Shown here piece by piece: positions 31,257 to 40,554 of a DNA stretch of 64,000 bases (position 1 is its first letter; every line of letters begins with the position of its first letter). Under the pieces are notes generated by a model, which had not been told where the DNA came from, made no database searches, and saw only the letters and a program-made list of their open reading frames with translations. The DNA is taken from contig CAWGLD010000001.1 of the NCBI GenBank assembly GCA_963823335.1, positions 1,344,001 through 1,408,000 on the forward strand, read 5' to 3'. This DNA comes from an uncultured delta proteobacterium (GTDB lineage: Bacteria > Desulfobacterota > Desulfobacteria > Desulfobacterales > B30-G6). The position numbers and the translations under genes are program-made.

Positions 31257-33209
31257 TGAAAACGGAAAGACAGCACTCCCTATTGATTGTAACTGTTCTG
31301 GGTATTGTCATCGGTCCTCTTTTTTTGAACCTGCCGGTGTGGGTGACAGGGTGGTGCCTGTTCTTCTGGGGCTACGCGATTCTGGCGCACAAAAGGAGAT
31401 GGCCATGGCCGAATCGAACTGCCCGTTTGATTCTGGCGTGTATTGGATTCATGGCGGTGCTGATTTTTCTGGGAGGGGGCACCCGGACTCTGGGCGGCCA
31501 AATGTTTATCGGCTTGTTGAGCGTTATGGCGGGCTTGAAACCGCTGGAAGCAAAGAGCCATCGGGATAACGTCGTGACCCTGTTCATGGCCTATTTCATT
31601 ATCATCAGCAGTCTTTTTATCATAGAAAATCTTTTTATAACCCTCTACATGTTCGTGTCCGTTCTTGTAACGACAGCATGTCTTATTCACTTCAATCTTC
31701 CTGGAAGACAGCTGAAAGATAATCTGGGGTTGGCAGCCATCATCATGCTCCAGGCGATACCCCTGATGATCCTGTTCTTCGTTCTGTTTCCCAGAGCAGA
31801 GGGAACCTTTTTTACTCTTCCGGGAAGCTATCAAGGCCGGACCGGATTTTCAGAGTCGATGCAGCCAGGTTCCATATCGAGACTTGTTCGGGAAGACAGG
31901 ACCGTGTTCAGGGTCCAGTTCCAGGGGGAATTTCCAGACGCGTCAGCTCTTTACTGGCGGGGACTGGTATTGTGGCACTTCGATGGGAATTCCTGGACCC
32001 GGGGGTCTGTTCCTGAGCAATATCAACGATCTATTCGTGGACAAAACGTATTCCAATACGATGTCATTATCGAACCCCACCGAAAAAAACACCTCTTTGC
32101 CTTGGACCTGCCCCTTTCAGCACCTCCTCTCACCCGTCTCACGGAGGATTTTACATTGATGGCACGCTGGCCCCTGAGAAAAACCCATCGATACCAGGTT
32201 CGGTCGTCCCCGGATGCCAGGATACGTGTCATGGGCAGGCAGGGGACAGCTTGCCCGTCAACTTCCAGAAAGTGGAAATCCTGAGGCGAAGCTGCTGGCG
32301 GCGACGTGGATGTCGCGTCTGGGTTCGTCGGAAGCTGTTATGAAACAGGCTATTGAGTTTTTCAGGCAGAACGAATTTTCTTATACACTCGAGCCACCTC
32401 TGCTGGGTGAGAATCCTGTGGATGACTTCGTTTTCGGTTCAAAAAGCGGGTACTGTGAACATTTTGCATCGGCTTTTGCCTATTTAATGCGTGCTGCGGG
32501 TATCCCGGCACGGATTGTGATCGGATTCCTAGGGGGTGAACGCAATCCTTATGGGAACTATCTGATCGTCAAGCAATACCATGCCCATGCCTGGGTCGAG
32601 GTTTTTTTGGACAACCAGGGCTGGGTTCGTGTGGATCCGACGGCGATTGTCGCCCCGGAAAGGGTGTCTCTGGGTCTGGCCGAATCCCTGCTGCCAGAAA
32701 ACCTGCCGGAATTTCTGGTACAGGCGGGAGTTGGTGGCATGCGTGCTTATTTTAGAAAAATGGCCTATATGTGGGATGCCGTCAATCTGCGATGGAATGC
32801 CTGGTTTATGGAGTATTCCCGTCTTGAACAGCTGCGTTTACTGACGGGGGCCATTTCTAATCTTACCTGGTCTGGGGGGATCTGGATGGTTGGGCTGGGA
32901 GGGCTTCCGGCGGTCTTGGCTGTGATGGCCTGGATTCAATTTAAAGGTGCTAAAAAGGCCAGGCATAAGGACACTGTCAAAGAAGCCTATGATTTGTTCT
33001 GTACCAAGCTGGAAGGTGTCGGTATTCGTAGGAAACCGAACCAGGGACCGCTTGACTTTGCCGGTATGGCCGGTTTGAAACGCAGTGATTTGAGAGAGCA
33101 GATTAAAGAGATTTCTCAACAATACATAGCCTTGCGCTACATGGGCAGACAAGCCAATGTCTCTCGTCAGTCTCTTCTCAAGAGGATACGCAAGTTCGAT
33201 CCGAAATAA
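31256..33209 (+). pseudogene. TgpA-like membrane transglutaminase (DUF3488-transglutaminase-DUF4129 architecture), frameshifted near 32215-32245
   Basis: TM N-half in one frame and the GYCEHFA / HAHAWVEV / WVRVDPT catalytic half in the +1 frame. Confidence 0.8.
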
Positions 33210-33225
33210 CATCGCTGGGCGATGT

Positions 33226-34152
33226 CTATGTCACGACCTTGGACGACAGTCTTTGGGACATGGCAAGGGCTTCTTCAAGTTCAGGCACTGCGCCCCGGCC
33301 GCCATATGCCCGGCAGGAAAGGGATGCCACGGCAACCGAAAACCGGACAGCCTCGTGGATATCAAACCCCCGGCTGATGGCCAGGGCGAATGCGCCGTGA
33401 AAATTGTCTCCGGCTCCGGTTGTGTCAAGCACAGGTACGGCCGGTGCGGGAACATGGTACAGTCGGTCTTTTAGGGGGTAGTAGGCGCCTGCGTCACCGT
33501 GGGTCACGATCAGCTGTCCCTGGACCATCTTTTTGAGTTTGAAAATATTATCGAACAGTTGGCCCGGCTCGAATTTGTCTTTGCTGGAATCGAAAAAGGC
33601 GGATGACGGTATGAAATAGTCTGCTGCATCCATCATCTCTTCCATGCGATTTTTCCAGCGCTCACAGTCGTAGACGAGCTTGGCATCCGGTCTGATGCGC
33701 TGTTTGAGTGTTTTACCGAGTGTCGTTGTTTGTGGATCGAGGGACAGGGTTTTTGCGCTTTGCAACAGGTGATCCAGGTCTTTCGAGATTTCGATATCCG
33801 GTAACCTGCTGGGTTCGTAAATAATGGTGCGTTTGCCATTGAACCGGTTGACAAAAAGATAGGCCACCGGTGTTTTGGTATTTTTCAGCACCTGGATATA
33901 ACGGGTGTCAACGTTGAATTCACGCAAGCGTCCAAGACAGAATTCACCTTCCTTGTCATCTCCGATGTTACCGACCACGGCGGTTGTTCCACCCAGTCGC
34001 GAAACGCAACAGGCAGAGGTTCCACCCTGACCGCCGCCTTCTACGAGCCGGGCATTCAGGTGTACTTTTTCATCTTCCTGGGGGAATCGGTCGACAACCG
34101 CAATATAGTCGATGCAGTTTCGTCCTATAACCAGCACATCCAGATCATGCAT
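33226..34152 (-). CDS. PfkB family carbohydrate kinase
   Basis: GGGQGG, GNIGDD, DTTGAGDNFHG. Confidence 0.92.
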   Translation of the reverse strand: MHDLDVLVIGRNCIDYIAVVDRFPQEDEKVHLNARLVEGGGQGGTSACCVSRLGGTTAVVGNIGDDKEGEFCLGRLREFNVDTRYIQVLKNTKTPVAYLFVNRFNGKRTIIYEPSRLPDIEISKDLDHLLQSAKTLSLDPQTTTLGKTLKQRIRPDAKLVYDCERWKNRMEEMMDAADYFIPSSAFFDSSKDKFEPGQLFDNIFKLKKMVQGQLIVTHGDAGAYYPLKDRLYHVPAPAVPVLDTTGAGDNFHGAFALAISRGFDIHEAVRFSVAVASLSCRAYGGRGAVPELEEALAMSQRLSSKVVT

Positions 34153-34312
34153 AATCGTCTGCCCATAGCACAATTCCGGACAAATGAAAACGGCACAATG
34201 TTAAAGAGATCTGATTGTCAAGATGCCAGTGAGATGATATTGAAACAAACGTGATGTCACGAACGGAATGAGCACAATTTTCAAACAGGCGGATAAGCCA
34301 TTCGCCATAATA

Positions 34313-34353
34313 GCGACGAAGTCGCATCAAATAAATTCGTGAAACGAATTTAT
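34313..34353 (+). repeat. 41-nt double-hairpin element, copy 2
   Basis: GCGAC-GAA-GTCGC-ATCAA-ATAAATTCGT-GAA-ACGAATTTAT before the GGGAG RBS. Confidence 0.8.
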
Positions 34354-34369
34354 TTTGGGAGATAAAAAC

Positions 34370-35488
34370 ATGAAAGGAAAACCTGTTGTACCGCCGGTGT
34401 ATCAGACTGCAACCTACTATTTTGACACATCAGACGATATGATCGATGTGGTTCAGAACCGAAGTGGATACATCTATTCCCGTTGGGACAATCCTTCCGT
34501 AAGACAGGTCGAGGATATGCTGGCCGATCTCGAGACCTATGAACATGCCCTGGGTTTCAGCTCCGGTATGGCTGCCATCACAACGGCCATCATGTCACAT
34601 GTGAACATGGGAGACCGCATTGTGTCCATACGGGAATCTTACGGCGGGACCTTTGACTTGCTTAACAGACTGCTGCCGGGTTTTGGTGTTCAAACGGTCT
34701 TTGTCAACTGTTGGGATCTGGAGGGGCTTTTCAGAGAAATCGATCAGGGTTTGTCAATCCTCTATCTGGAAACGCCCACCAACCCGCTGCTGCGTGTGAT
34801 TGATGTAAAATCATTGGCCGAGGCAGCACACGCCAAAGGGGCCCTCGTCCTGCTGGATTCCACCTTTGCAACCCCTGTTAATCAACATCCGGTTGACTGG
34901 GATGTCGATGTCGTCATTCACAGCGCAACCAAGTACCTGGGGGGCCATCATGATATCACCGCCGGCTTTGCATGCTGCAATGAACCCTGTTTTGAAAAAA
35001 TATGGGATTATCGTAAGGTACTGGGTGGTGTCATGGACCCCATGACGGCATTTTTAATCACCAGGGGGCTTCGGACGCTGACACTCCGTGTGCGCCAGCA
35101 CAATGAAAATGCCATGCGGGTTGCCGAATTTCTGGAAAGTGAGGAGAAGGTCCGCCGGGTACACTATCCGGGGTTGCCATCTCATCCCGACCACGATATT
35201 GCCCGAAAGCAGATGCGGGGTTTCGGGGGAATGCTCAGCTTCGAGTTAGATGCAGATTTTGACAAAACCAAGCAATTTATGGATCAGTTGCAGATGATTA
35301 AACTGGCCACCAGTTTGGGTGGTGTCACCAGTCTGGCAAACCAACCAGTCACGAACACCCATGTGGCACTAAATCCAGAGGAGAGAAAAAAGGCGGGTGT
35401 CATCGAGAGCCTTGTCCGGCTTTCCGTCGGGATCGAAGACACCGGGGCGTTGATTGAGGATTTAAGGCAGGCCCTGGCAACGTTATAA
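34370..35488 (+). CDS. Cys/Met metabolism PLP enzyme (methionine gamma-lyase/cystathionine gamma-synthase family)
   Basis: YSRWDNP, FSSGMAA, ETPTNP, HSATKYLGGH, SLGG, RLSVGIE. Confidence 0.93.
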   Translation: MKGKPVVPPVYQTATYYFDTSDDMIDVVQNRSGYIYSRWDNPSVRQVEDMLADLETYEHALGFSSGMAAITTAIMSHVNMGDRIVSIRESYGGTFDLLNRLLPGFGVQTVFVNCWDLEGLFREIDQGLSILYLETPTNPLLRVIDVKSLAEAAHAKGALVLLDSTFATPVNQHPVDWDVDVVIHSATKYLGGHHDITAGFACCNEPCFEKIWDYRKVLGGVMDPMTAFLITRGLRTLTLRVRQHNENAMRVAEFLESEEKVRRVHYPGLPSHPDHDIARKQMRGFGGMLSFELDADFDKTKQFMDQLQMIKLATSLGGVTSLANQPVTNTHVALNPEERKKAGVIESLVRLSVGIEDTGALIEDLRQALATL

Positions 35489-35562
35489 GAAGCCATCTCT
35501 ATCTGTCTTTTGGCCCAATATCTAAGTTGATGGCTTCTGTAACGCGCCATTAACTTTTCGAT

Positions 35563-36063
35563 CTAAAATGGCCAGAAGCTGTTGTCGTTCCAAAGCGCCT
35601 CGGTCACTTCCTTGTCAATGGCTGCCAGGAATTCAAGGTGTTGGGTTTCCCATTCGGCAAGCCATTTATAGAGTGCTTTCTCCTGGGGATCCGTGGAGGC
35701 CTCCGCCCGTTGCGAGTAGAGTTTGATGGCACGCTCTTCCATGCCCATGGCAGCGGAAATGGCGGCCGATTCAAATCCGGCACCCGCGATACGCTGTTTC
35801 AGCGTATCGGTCAATACAGCGTTGGCGACGCTTTCGTTTGAAGAGGTCCGGTCCATTTCAACAAACGTACCGTCCTTTTTGTAGGACTTGTACTGTTCTG
35901 ATAATATCTGCACATGACTGATTTCGTCCTCAGCCAATTTGACAAAGAATTCCTTTACAGCTTGATCCTTGGCGCTGTCGGCGGCCTTTTCATAAAACGA
36001 CTTTCCACGTAATTCCAATAGCAGAGCACTTTTCAATATCTCGAGAGCTGTGGGTGTTGACAT
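35563..36063 (-). CDS. Ferritin-like (rubrerythrin di-iron domain) protein
   Basis: Repeated E..G..FY...LAEDE..H and E..A..LY...LAEWE..H pattern; no rubredoxin domain. Confidence 0.88.
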   Translation of the reverse strand: MSTPTALEILKSALLLELRGKSFYEKAADSAKDQAVKEFFVKLAEDEISHVQILSEQYKSYKKDGTFVEMDRTSSNESVANAVLTDTLKQRIAGAGFESAAISAAMGMEERAIKLYSQRAEASTDPQEKALYKWLAEWETQHLEFLAAIDKEVTEALWNDNSFWPF

Positions 36064-36249
36064 GTTACCTCCTCAGGCATCGTATATATAGAAGTTATCT
36101 CAAACCCTTTTTTTGAGATGACTTCTAATGACATTATCCTACAACGGTGTTATAGAATACGCAAGCCTGATTTTGGGACAAGCCTTTGGACAGTTCAGAG
36201 AAAAATCCGGGTTTTTGCCGCCTGCCCAACAGTTTCAGGGAGGGGTGCC

Positions 36250-37863
36250 ATGACACGTGAACCACACCATGACAATACGCATAAGGACAGACATACGTAT
36301 GTTCTGGCCATTGATCTGGGGAGCGGGGGACACAAAATAGCCCTCGTCTCTGACACGGGCCATGTGGTTGCCAGTGCGGACGAGAAGATCGCTACCCTGA
36401 TGCTGCCGGGGGGCGGGGCAGAGCAGGACCCGGACGAATGGTGGCAAAAAACGTTGAGTGGGTCCAAAAAGGTTCTCACGGCGGCCAAGGTACCGGCTGA
36501 GGATATCATCGCCATTGCCTGTGATTCCCAGTGGTCTTTGGCTGTACCAGTGGATGAGAACGGACAGCACTTGATGAATGCGATTCATTGGCTCGATACC
36601 CGGGGGGGACCCTACAATCGAAAAATAGTGAGCGGGTTTCCGAGTATCAAAGGGTATGGTCTCTTAAAACTGATCAAATGGGTCAGGTTGGCCGGGATGG
36701 TTCCCACGCTTTCGGGAATCGATTCTCTCGGTCATGTCTTGTTTATCAAGAACGAACGACCCGGCATCTATGAGAAGACCTTTAAGTTCCTGGAACCCAT
36801 GGACTATCTGACCTCCCGGCTGACCGGAAAGATAACGGCCACCCAGAAAACAATGGCGCCCTTTGCCATTGTAGACAATCGTCGATGGGGTGGGCAGGCA
36901 TACCAGGATACACTTCTTGCCCTTGCAGGTGTCGGAAAAGACAAGTTCCCCGAACTCATTGCCAATGATGGTGTGGTTGGATCACTCAAACCCGATGTGG
37001 CAGAAGAACTGGGATTGGCCCCTGCAACTCCGGTGGTTGCCGGTATCGGAGATTCCAATGCCTCTCTGATTGGGTCAGGTGCCCTGGCGGATTTTGAAAC
37101 CATCATTTATATCGGCACTTCCATGTATATGACCTGCCATATCCCTTTCAAGAAAACGGATGTGAGCCATACCATGACATCTCTTCCAAGTCTTTTTCAA
37201 GATCGATATTACCTGCTGGGCGAACAGGGAGTCGGTGGGAGATGTGTCGAGTATTTCCTGAAAAATGTGGTTTATGCGGCAGACGCCTTCGGCAGCCTTA
37301 AGGTTCCCGCAGATGTCTTTGACCGTTTCGATCACATGGCAGCCCAGTCACCTGCCGGAAGCGAGGGGCTCATTTTTCTGCCATGGCTGAACGGCTCCGT
37401 GGTGCCGGAAGAAAACCCCCATGCACGGGGCGGATTTCTCAACATGTCCCTCAAGACAGACCGAAGCCATATGTCCCGTGCCATTATGGAATCCCTGGCG
37501 TACAATAACCGTTGGACCATGGGGCCGGCTGAAAAATTTATCGGTCGGAAGATAACCCATGTCCGGTTTTCAGGAGGCGGAGCCCTTTCAGATTTGTGGG
37601 CACAGATTCACGCCGATGTCCTGGGGATACCGATTCACCAGGTCGCCGACCCCCTTACCACCACGGTCAAGGGGACTGCCCTGCTGGCATTTTATTCGCT
37701 GGGTTACTTCTCCCTGGAGGATATGGCGAATTGTGTAAGCATTAAAAAGGTATTTGAGCCGGATGCTGCCAACAAACATATCTATGATCGGATGTTTGCT
37801 AACTATCGATCGTTTTATAGGAGAAACAAGACTCTTTTCAGGGCATTGAACTGTGAGCTGTAA
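36250..37863 (+). CDS. FGGY family carbohydrate kinase
   Basis: LAIDLGSGGHK, AEQDPDEWW, WLDTR, IGTS, FLPWLNG, SGGGALS; ATG 36250 follows GGGAGGGG. Confidence 0.92.
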   Translation: MTREPHHDNTHKDRHTYVLAIDLGSGGHKIALVSDTGHVVASADEKIATLMLPGGGAEQDPDEWWQKTLSGSKKVLTAAKVPAEDIIAIACDSQWSLAVPVDENGQHLMNAIHWLDTRGGPYNRKIVSGFPSIKGYGLLKLIKWVRLAGMVPTLSGIDSLGHVLFIKNERPGIYEKTFKFLEPMDYLTSRLTGKITATQKTMAPFAIVDNRRWGGQAYQDTLLALAGVGKDKFPELIANDGVVGSLKPDVAEELGLAPATPVVAGIGDSNASLIGSGALADFETIIYIGTSMYMTCHIPFKKTDVSHTMTSLPSLFQDRYYLLGEQGVGGRCVEYFLKNVVYAADAFGSLKVPADVFDRFDHMAAQSPAGSEGLIFLPWLNGSVVPEENPHARGGFLNMSLKTDRSHMSRAIMESLAYNNRWTMGPAEKFIGRKITHVRFSGGGALSDLWAQIHADVLGIPIHQVADPLTTTVKGTALLAFYSLGYFSLEDMANCVSIKKVFEPDAANKHIYDRMFANYRSFYRRNKTLFRALNCEL

Positions 37864-37905
37864 GCATTAAGCCATAAGCTGCTTACAGCTTATGGCTATT
37901 GCTCA
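37854..37905. repeat. Heptamer-unit palindrome
   Basis: AGCCATAAGCTG-CTTA-CAGCTTATGGCT hairpin; contains the FGGY stop codon; 28/30 identical to 40508-40537. Confidence 0.75.
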
Positions 37906-37919
37906 TATAAGGAGGCAAC

Positions 37920-39338
37920 ATGTCAGACCAATCAAGTGAAATTCAGCCGGTGGATCCTTTCAAGCCATACACAGGACGCTTTCGGGTTCATGATCAGATA
38001 CCTGAAAAAGGACGCGACAAGGCGGATCTGCTGAAAGAGCTTTCAACCATGGCAATGGAAGAAAATCAGCGCTGGCAGGACGGCCGGGTTTCAGGAACCT
38101 TCTACCATGCCGGTGAAGAGCATCTTGCCTTTCTCAACCAGGTTTTTTCGCGGTTTTCACATATGAACACTATCCAGTTCGACCTGTGCCCCAGCATGTT
38201 CAAGATGGAGAGTGAAATCATCTCTATGACCGCAAAGATGCTGCACGGCGATGCCGTCAGTGCACTCAACCCCCAAGACAGGGTTTGCGGAACCCTCACA
38301 TCCGGTGGAACGGAAAGCATTCTGATGGCCATGAAGGTTTACAGAGACTGGGCAAAAACGGAAAAAGGCATCCGGAATCCGGAAATTATCATGCCGCATA
38401 CAGCCCATCCGGCATTTGATAAGTCCGGGGAGTATTTTGGAATCCGCATGGTTCATGTACCTGTTTCAGAACCCGATTTCAGGGTCGATCCAGGAATGGT
38501 GGCGGAAAGGATCAACGAGAACACGGCCGCCATTGTCGGAAGCGCCGGGAATTACCCCTACGGCCTTATCGATCCCCTGGAGGACCTGGCTGAAATTGCT
38601 CTGCAGCACGATATCGGATTTCATGTGGACGGCTGTCTGGGTGGGTTTTTACTGCCCTGGATTGAGAGGCTGGGATATGCGGTTCCGCTGTTTGATTTTC
38701 GCCTGCCGGGCGTCACCTCCATGTCTGCCGATACTCACAAGTACGGGTTCGCTCTCAAGGGAACGTCTGTTATCCTTTATCGCCGTAACGGGCTGCGTCG
38801 GTATCAGTATTTCAATATTCCGGACTGGCCCGGAGGCCTGTACGCCTCGCCCACGTCTGCGGGGAGTCGTTCCGGAGGTCTGACAGCCGCCACGTGGGCC
38901 TCCATGGTTTACCTGGGCGAAAGCGGGTATCTCGAGGCGGCCAGGGCGATCATGGACGTGGCCGATGAAATGAAAACCGGTATCGAAAACATACCGGAAC
39001 TGATTCTTATCGGTGAACCCACCTTTGTTATCAGCTTTTGTTCCGACGTTGTGGATGTGTATCATGTCAATGATTTCATGAAGACCAGGGGCTGGCGGTT
39101 CAATTGCCTGCAGCTGCCGCCGGCCCTGCATTTTTGCATCACCATGCCCCAGACATCCGTTGCGGGTGTGGCCCGGAAATGGGTTCAGGATCTGCAGGAG
39201 GGTGTGGTGTATGCCAGAGAAAAGGCGGGCACACCCGCCGAGACCGCCGCTGTCTATGGTCTGGCAGGCACAAGGGAAGGCAACCTGCAGGTAACGGAGA
39301 TGGTGATGGGGGTGTTTGACTATCTCTATTCCACATAA
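37920..39338 (+). CDS. Sphingosine-1-phosphate lyase homolog (group II PLP decarboxylase superfamily)
   Basis: W..GRVSG..Y, TSGGTESILMA, TAHPAFDK..EYFG, HVDGCLGGF, FDFRLPGVTSMSADTHKYG, W.GGLYASPT.AGSRSG. Confidence 0.85.
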   Translation: MSDQSSEIQPVDPFKPYTGRFRVHDQIPEKGRDKADLLKELSTMAMEENQRWQDGRVSGTFYHAGEEHLAFLNQVFSRFSHMNTIQFDLCPSMFKMESEIISMTAKMLHGDAVSALNPQDRVCGTLTSGGTESILMAMKVYRDWAKTEKGIRNPEIIMPHTAHPAFDKSGEYFGIRMVHVPVSEPDFRVDPGMVAERINENTAAIVGSAGNYPYGLIDPLEDLAEIALQHDIGFHVDGCLGGFLLPWIERLGYAVPLFDFRLPGVTSMSADTHKYGFALKGTSVILYRRNGLRRYQYFNIPDWPGGLYASPTSAGSRSGGLTAATWASMVYLGESGYLEAARAIMDVADEMKTGIENIPELILIGEPTFVISFCSDVVDVYHVNDFMKTRGWRFNCLQLPPALHFCITMPQTSVAGVARKWVQDLQEGVVYAREKAGTPAETAAVYGLAGTREGNLQVTEMVMGVFDYLYST

Positions 39339-39344
39339 CCAGGA

Positions 39345-39475
39345 TAGACTTCTCAAAAATAGGATTTTATCTCAAGGTCAAGGCGGACTTGAGTTTTAAT
39401 CCGCAGAAATATTGTAGTATTTTGAGGAGTTAAAACACGAGTTCAAAACAGAGATTGAGTCAAAGGACATTTTTA
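39345..39475. mobile_element. MITE-like nested-palindrome element filling the intergenic space
   Basis: Imperfect terminal IRs plus an inner TTTTAATCC...AAATA..TATTT..GGAGTTAAAA stem; end-fragments recur at 29281-29310 and 35504-35523. Confidence 0.55.
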
Positions 39476-39476
39476 C

Positions 39477-40496
39477 ATGATGAAAGCAGCGGTGTATAGA
39501 GTAGATAAAGGACTCGTTGTCGAAGAGGTTTCCATACCCCAAATCGATTCGGACCAGGTACTGGTGAAGGTATCCCATACCGGGTTTTGCGGATCGGATC
39601 ATTCCATGATATCCAGCGGTGGACTATCTGACGGTACGATTCTCGGGCATGAGACCTGCGGCGTCGTTGTCCAAAGGGGAAAGCTTTCAATGGGGCTGGC
39701 GGAGGGAACGCGCGTCATTGTTCGCCCCACAGCTTGCGGTGACTGCCCGGAGTGCAGGTCAGACAAACCCTATTTTTGCCAAATCAAGCGTCGGTCCATC
39801 GGTATCGGCGATTTGCCGGGTGCTTTTGCAGAGTATATAGCGGTCTATCCGGAAATGCTCATACCGGTACCGGCAGGGGTCGATTCACAGAATGCAGCTC
39901 TGGCCGAGGCATATGCCGCCTCGTTGCATGCCATTACATGCAGCCACAGACAGACTTGCTCAGCCCTCGTTGTCGGCGGCGGACCCATCGGTCTGGCGCT
40001 GGTGAGACTCTTGAAGATTCTTGAATTTTATCCGATCCTGCTTTCCGAGCCGGTTGCCGAAAAGCGGGAGATTGGGCTGGCCTTTGGTGCCGATTTCGTG
40101 ATCGATCCCCTGACGCAGGATCTGAACCAGAGGATTTTTTTGAGCACGCAAGGCAGGGGCTGTGATGTCGTTTTCGAGTGTTCGGGTGTTCCTTCTATGA
40201 TTCAATCCTGTATGGATTCTGCCGCCCGAGGCGGTACCGTCTGTGTGGTGAGTGTCATGTATTCAACAGCGCAGATTACCCCCATCACTTTGAACTTCAA
40301 GGAAATCTGGCTCACAGGTTCCTACTCGAATACGCATGCAGAGAATATTCAATGCCTGAACTGGATGGCTGAGGGCAAGCTCGATGGCAACCCGCTGATT
40401 AGCGATCTGATTTCTCTGGAGGCACTTCCCGAGGTATATGAGAGACGGATCGATACAGGTCTTGCCGTGAAGGTGATGGTGGATATGCAGCTATGA
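39477..40496 (+). CDS. Zn-dependent medium-chain alcohol/polyol dehydrogenase
   Basis: GFCGSD, GHE, CGDCPEC..C structural Zn, GGGPIG. Confidence 0.93.
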   Translation: MMKAAVYRVDKGLVVEEVSIPQIDSDQVLVKVSHTGFCGSDHSMISSGGLSDGTILGHETCGVVVQRGKLSMGLAEGTRVIVRPTACGDCPECRSDKPYFCQIKRRSIGIGDLPGAFAEYIAVYPEMLIPVPAGVDSQNAALAEAYAASLHAITCSHRQTCSALVVGGGPIGLALVRLLKILEFYPILLSEPVAEKREIGLAFGADFVIDPLTQDLNQRIFLSTQGRGCDVVFECSGVPSMIQSCMDSAARGGTVCVVSVMYSTAQITPITLNFKEIWLTGSYSNTHAENIQCLNWMAEGKLDGNPLISDLISLEALPEVYERRIDTGLAVKVMVDMQL

Positions 40497-40554
40497 GCTG
40501 TCGGCGATAAGCCATAAGCCGCTTACAGCTTACGGCTTATGGCTTATCGCTGAC
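40492..40554. repeat. Heptamer-unit palindrome at a convergent junction
   Basis: GTCGGCGATAAGCCATAAGCCG-loop-CGGCTTATGGCTTATCGCTGAC; encodes the last codons of the cytochrome gene. Confidence 0.8.

Noticed and set aside
38649-39356. 235-aa antisense ORF within the SPL homolog
   Set aside because: Shadow ORF with no recognisable domain
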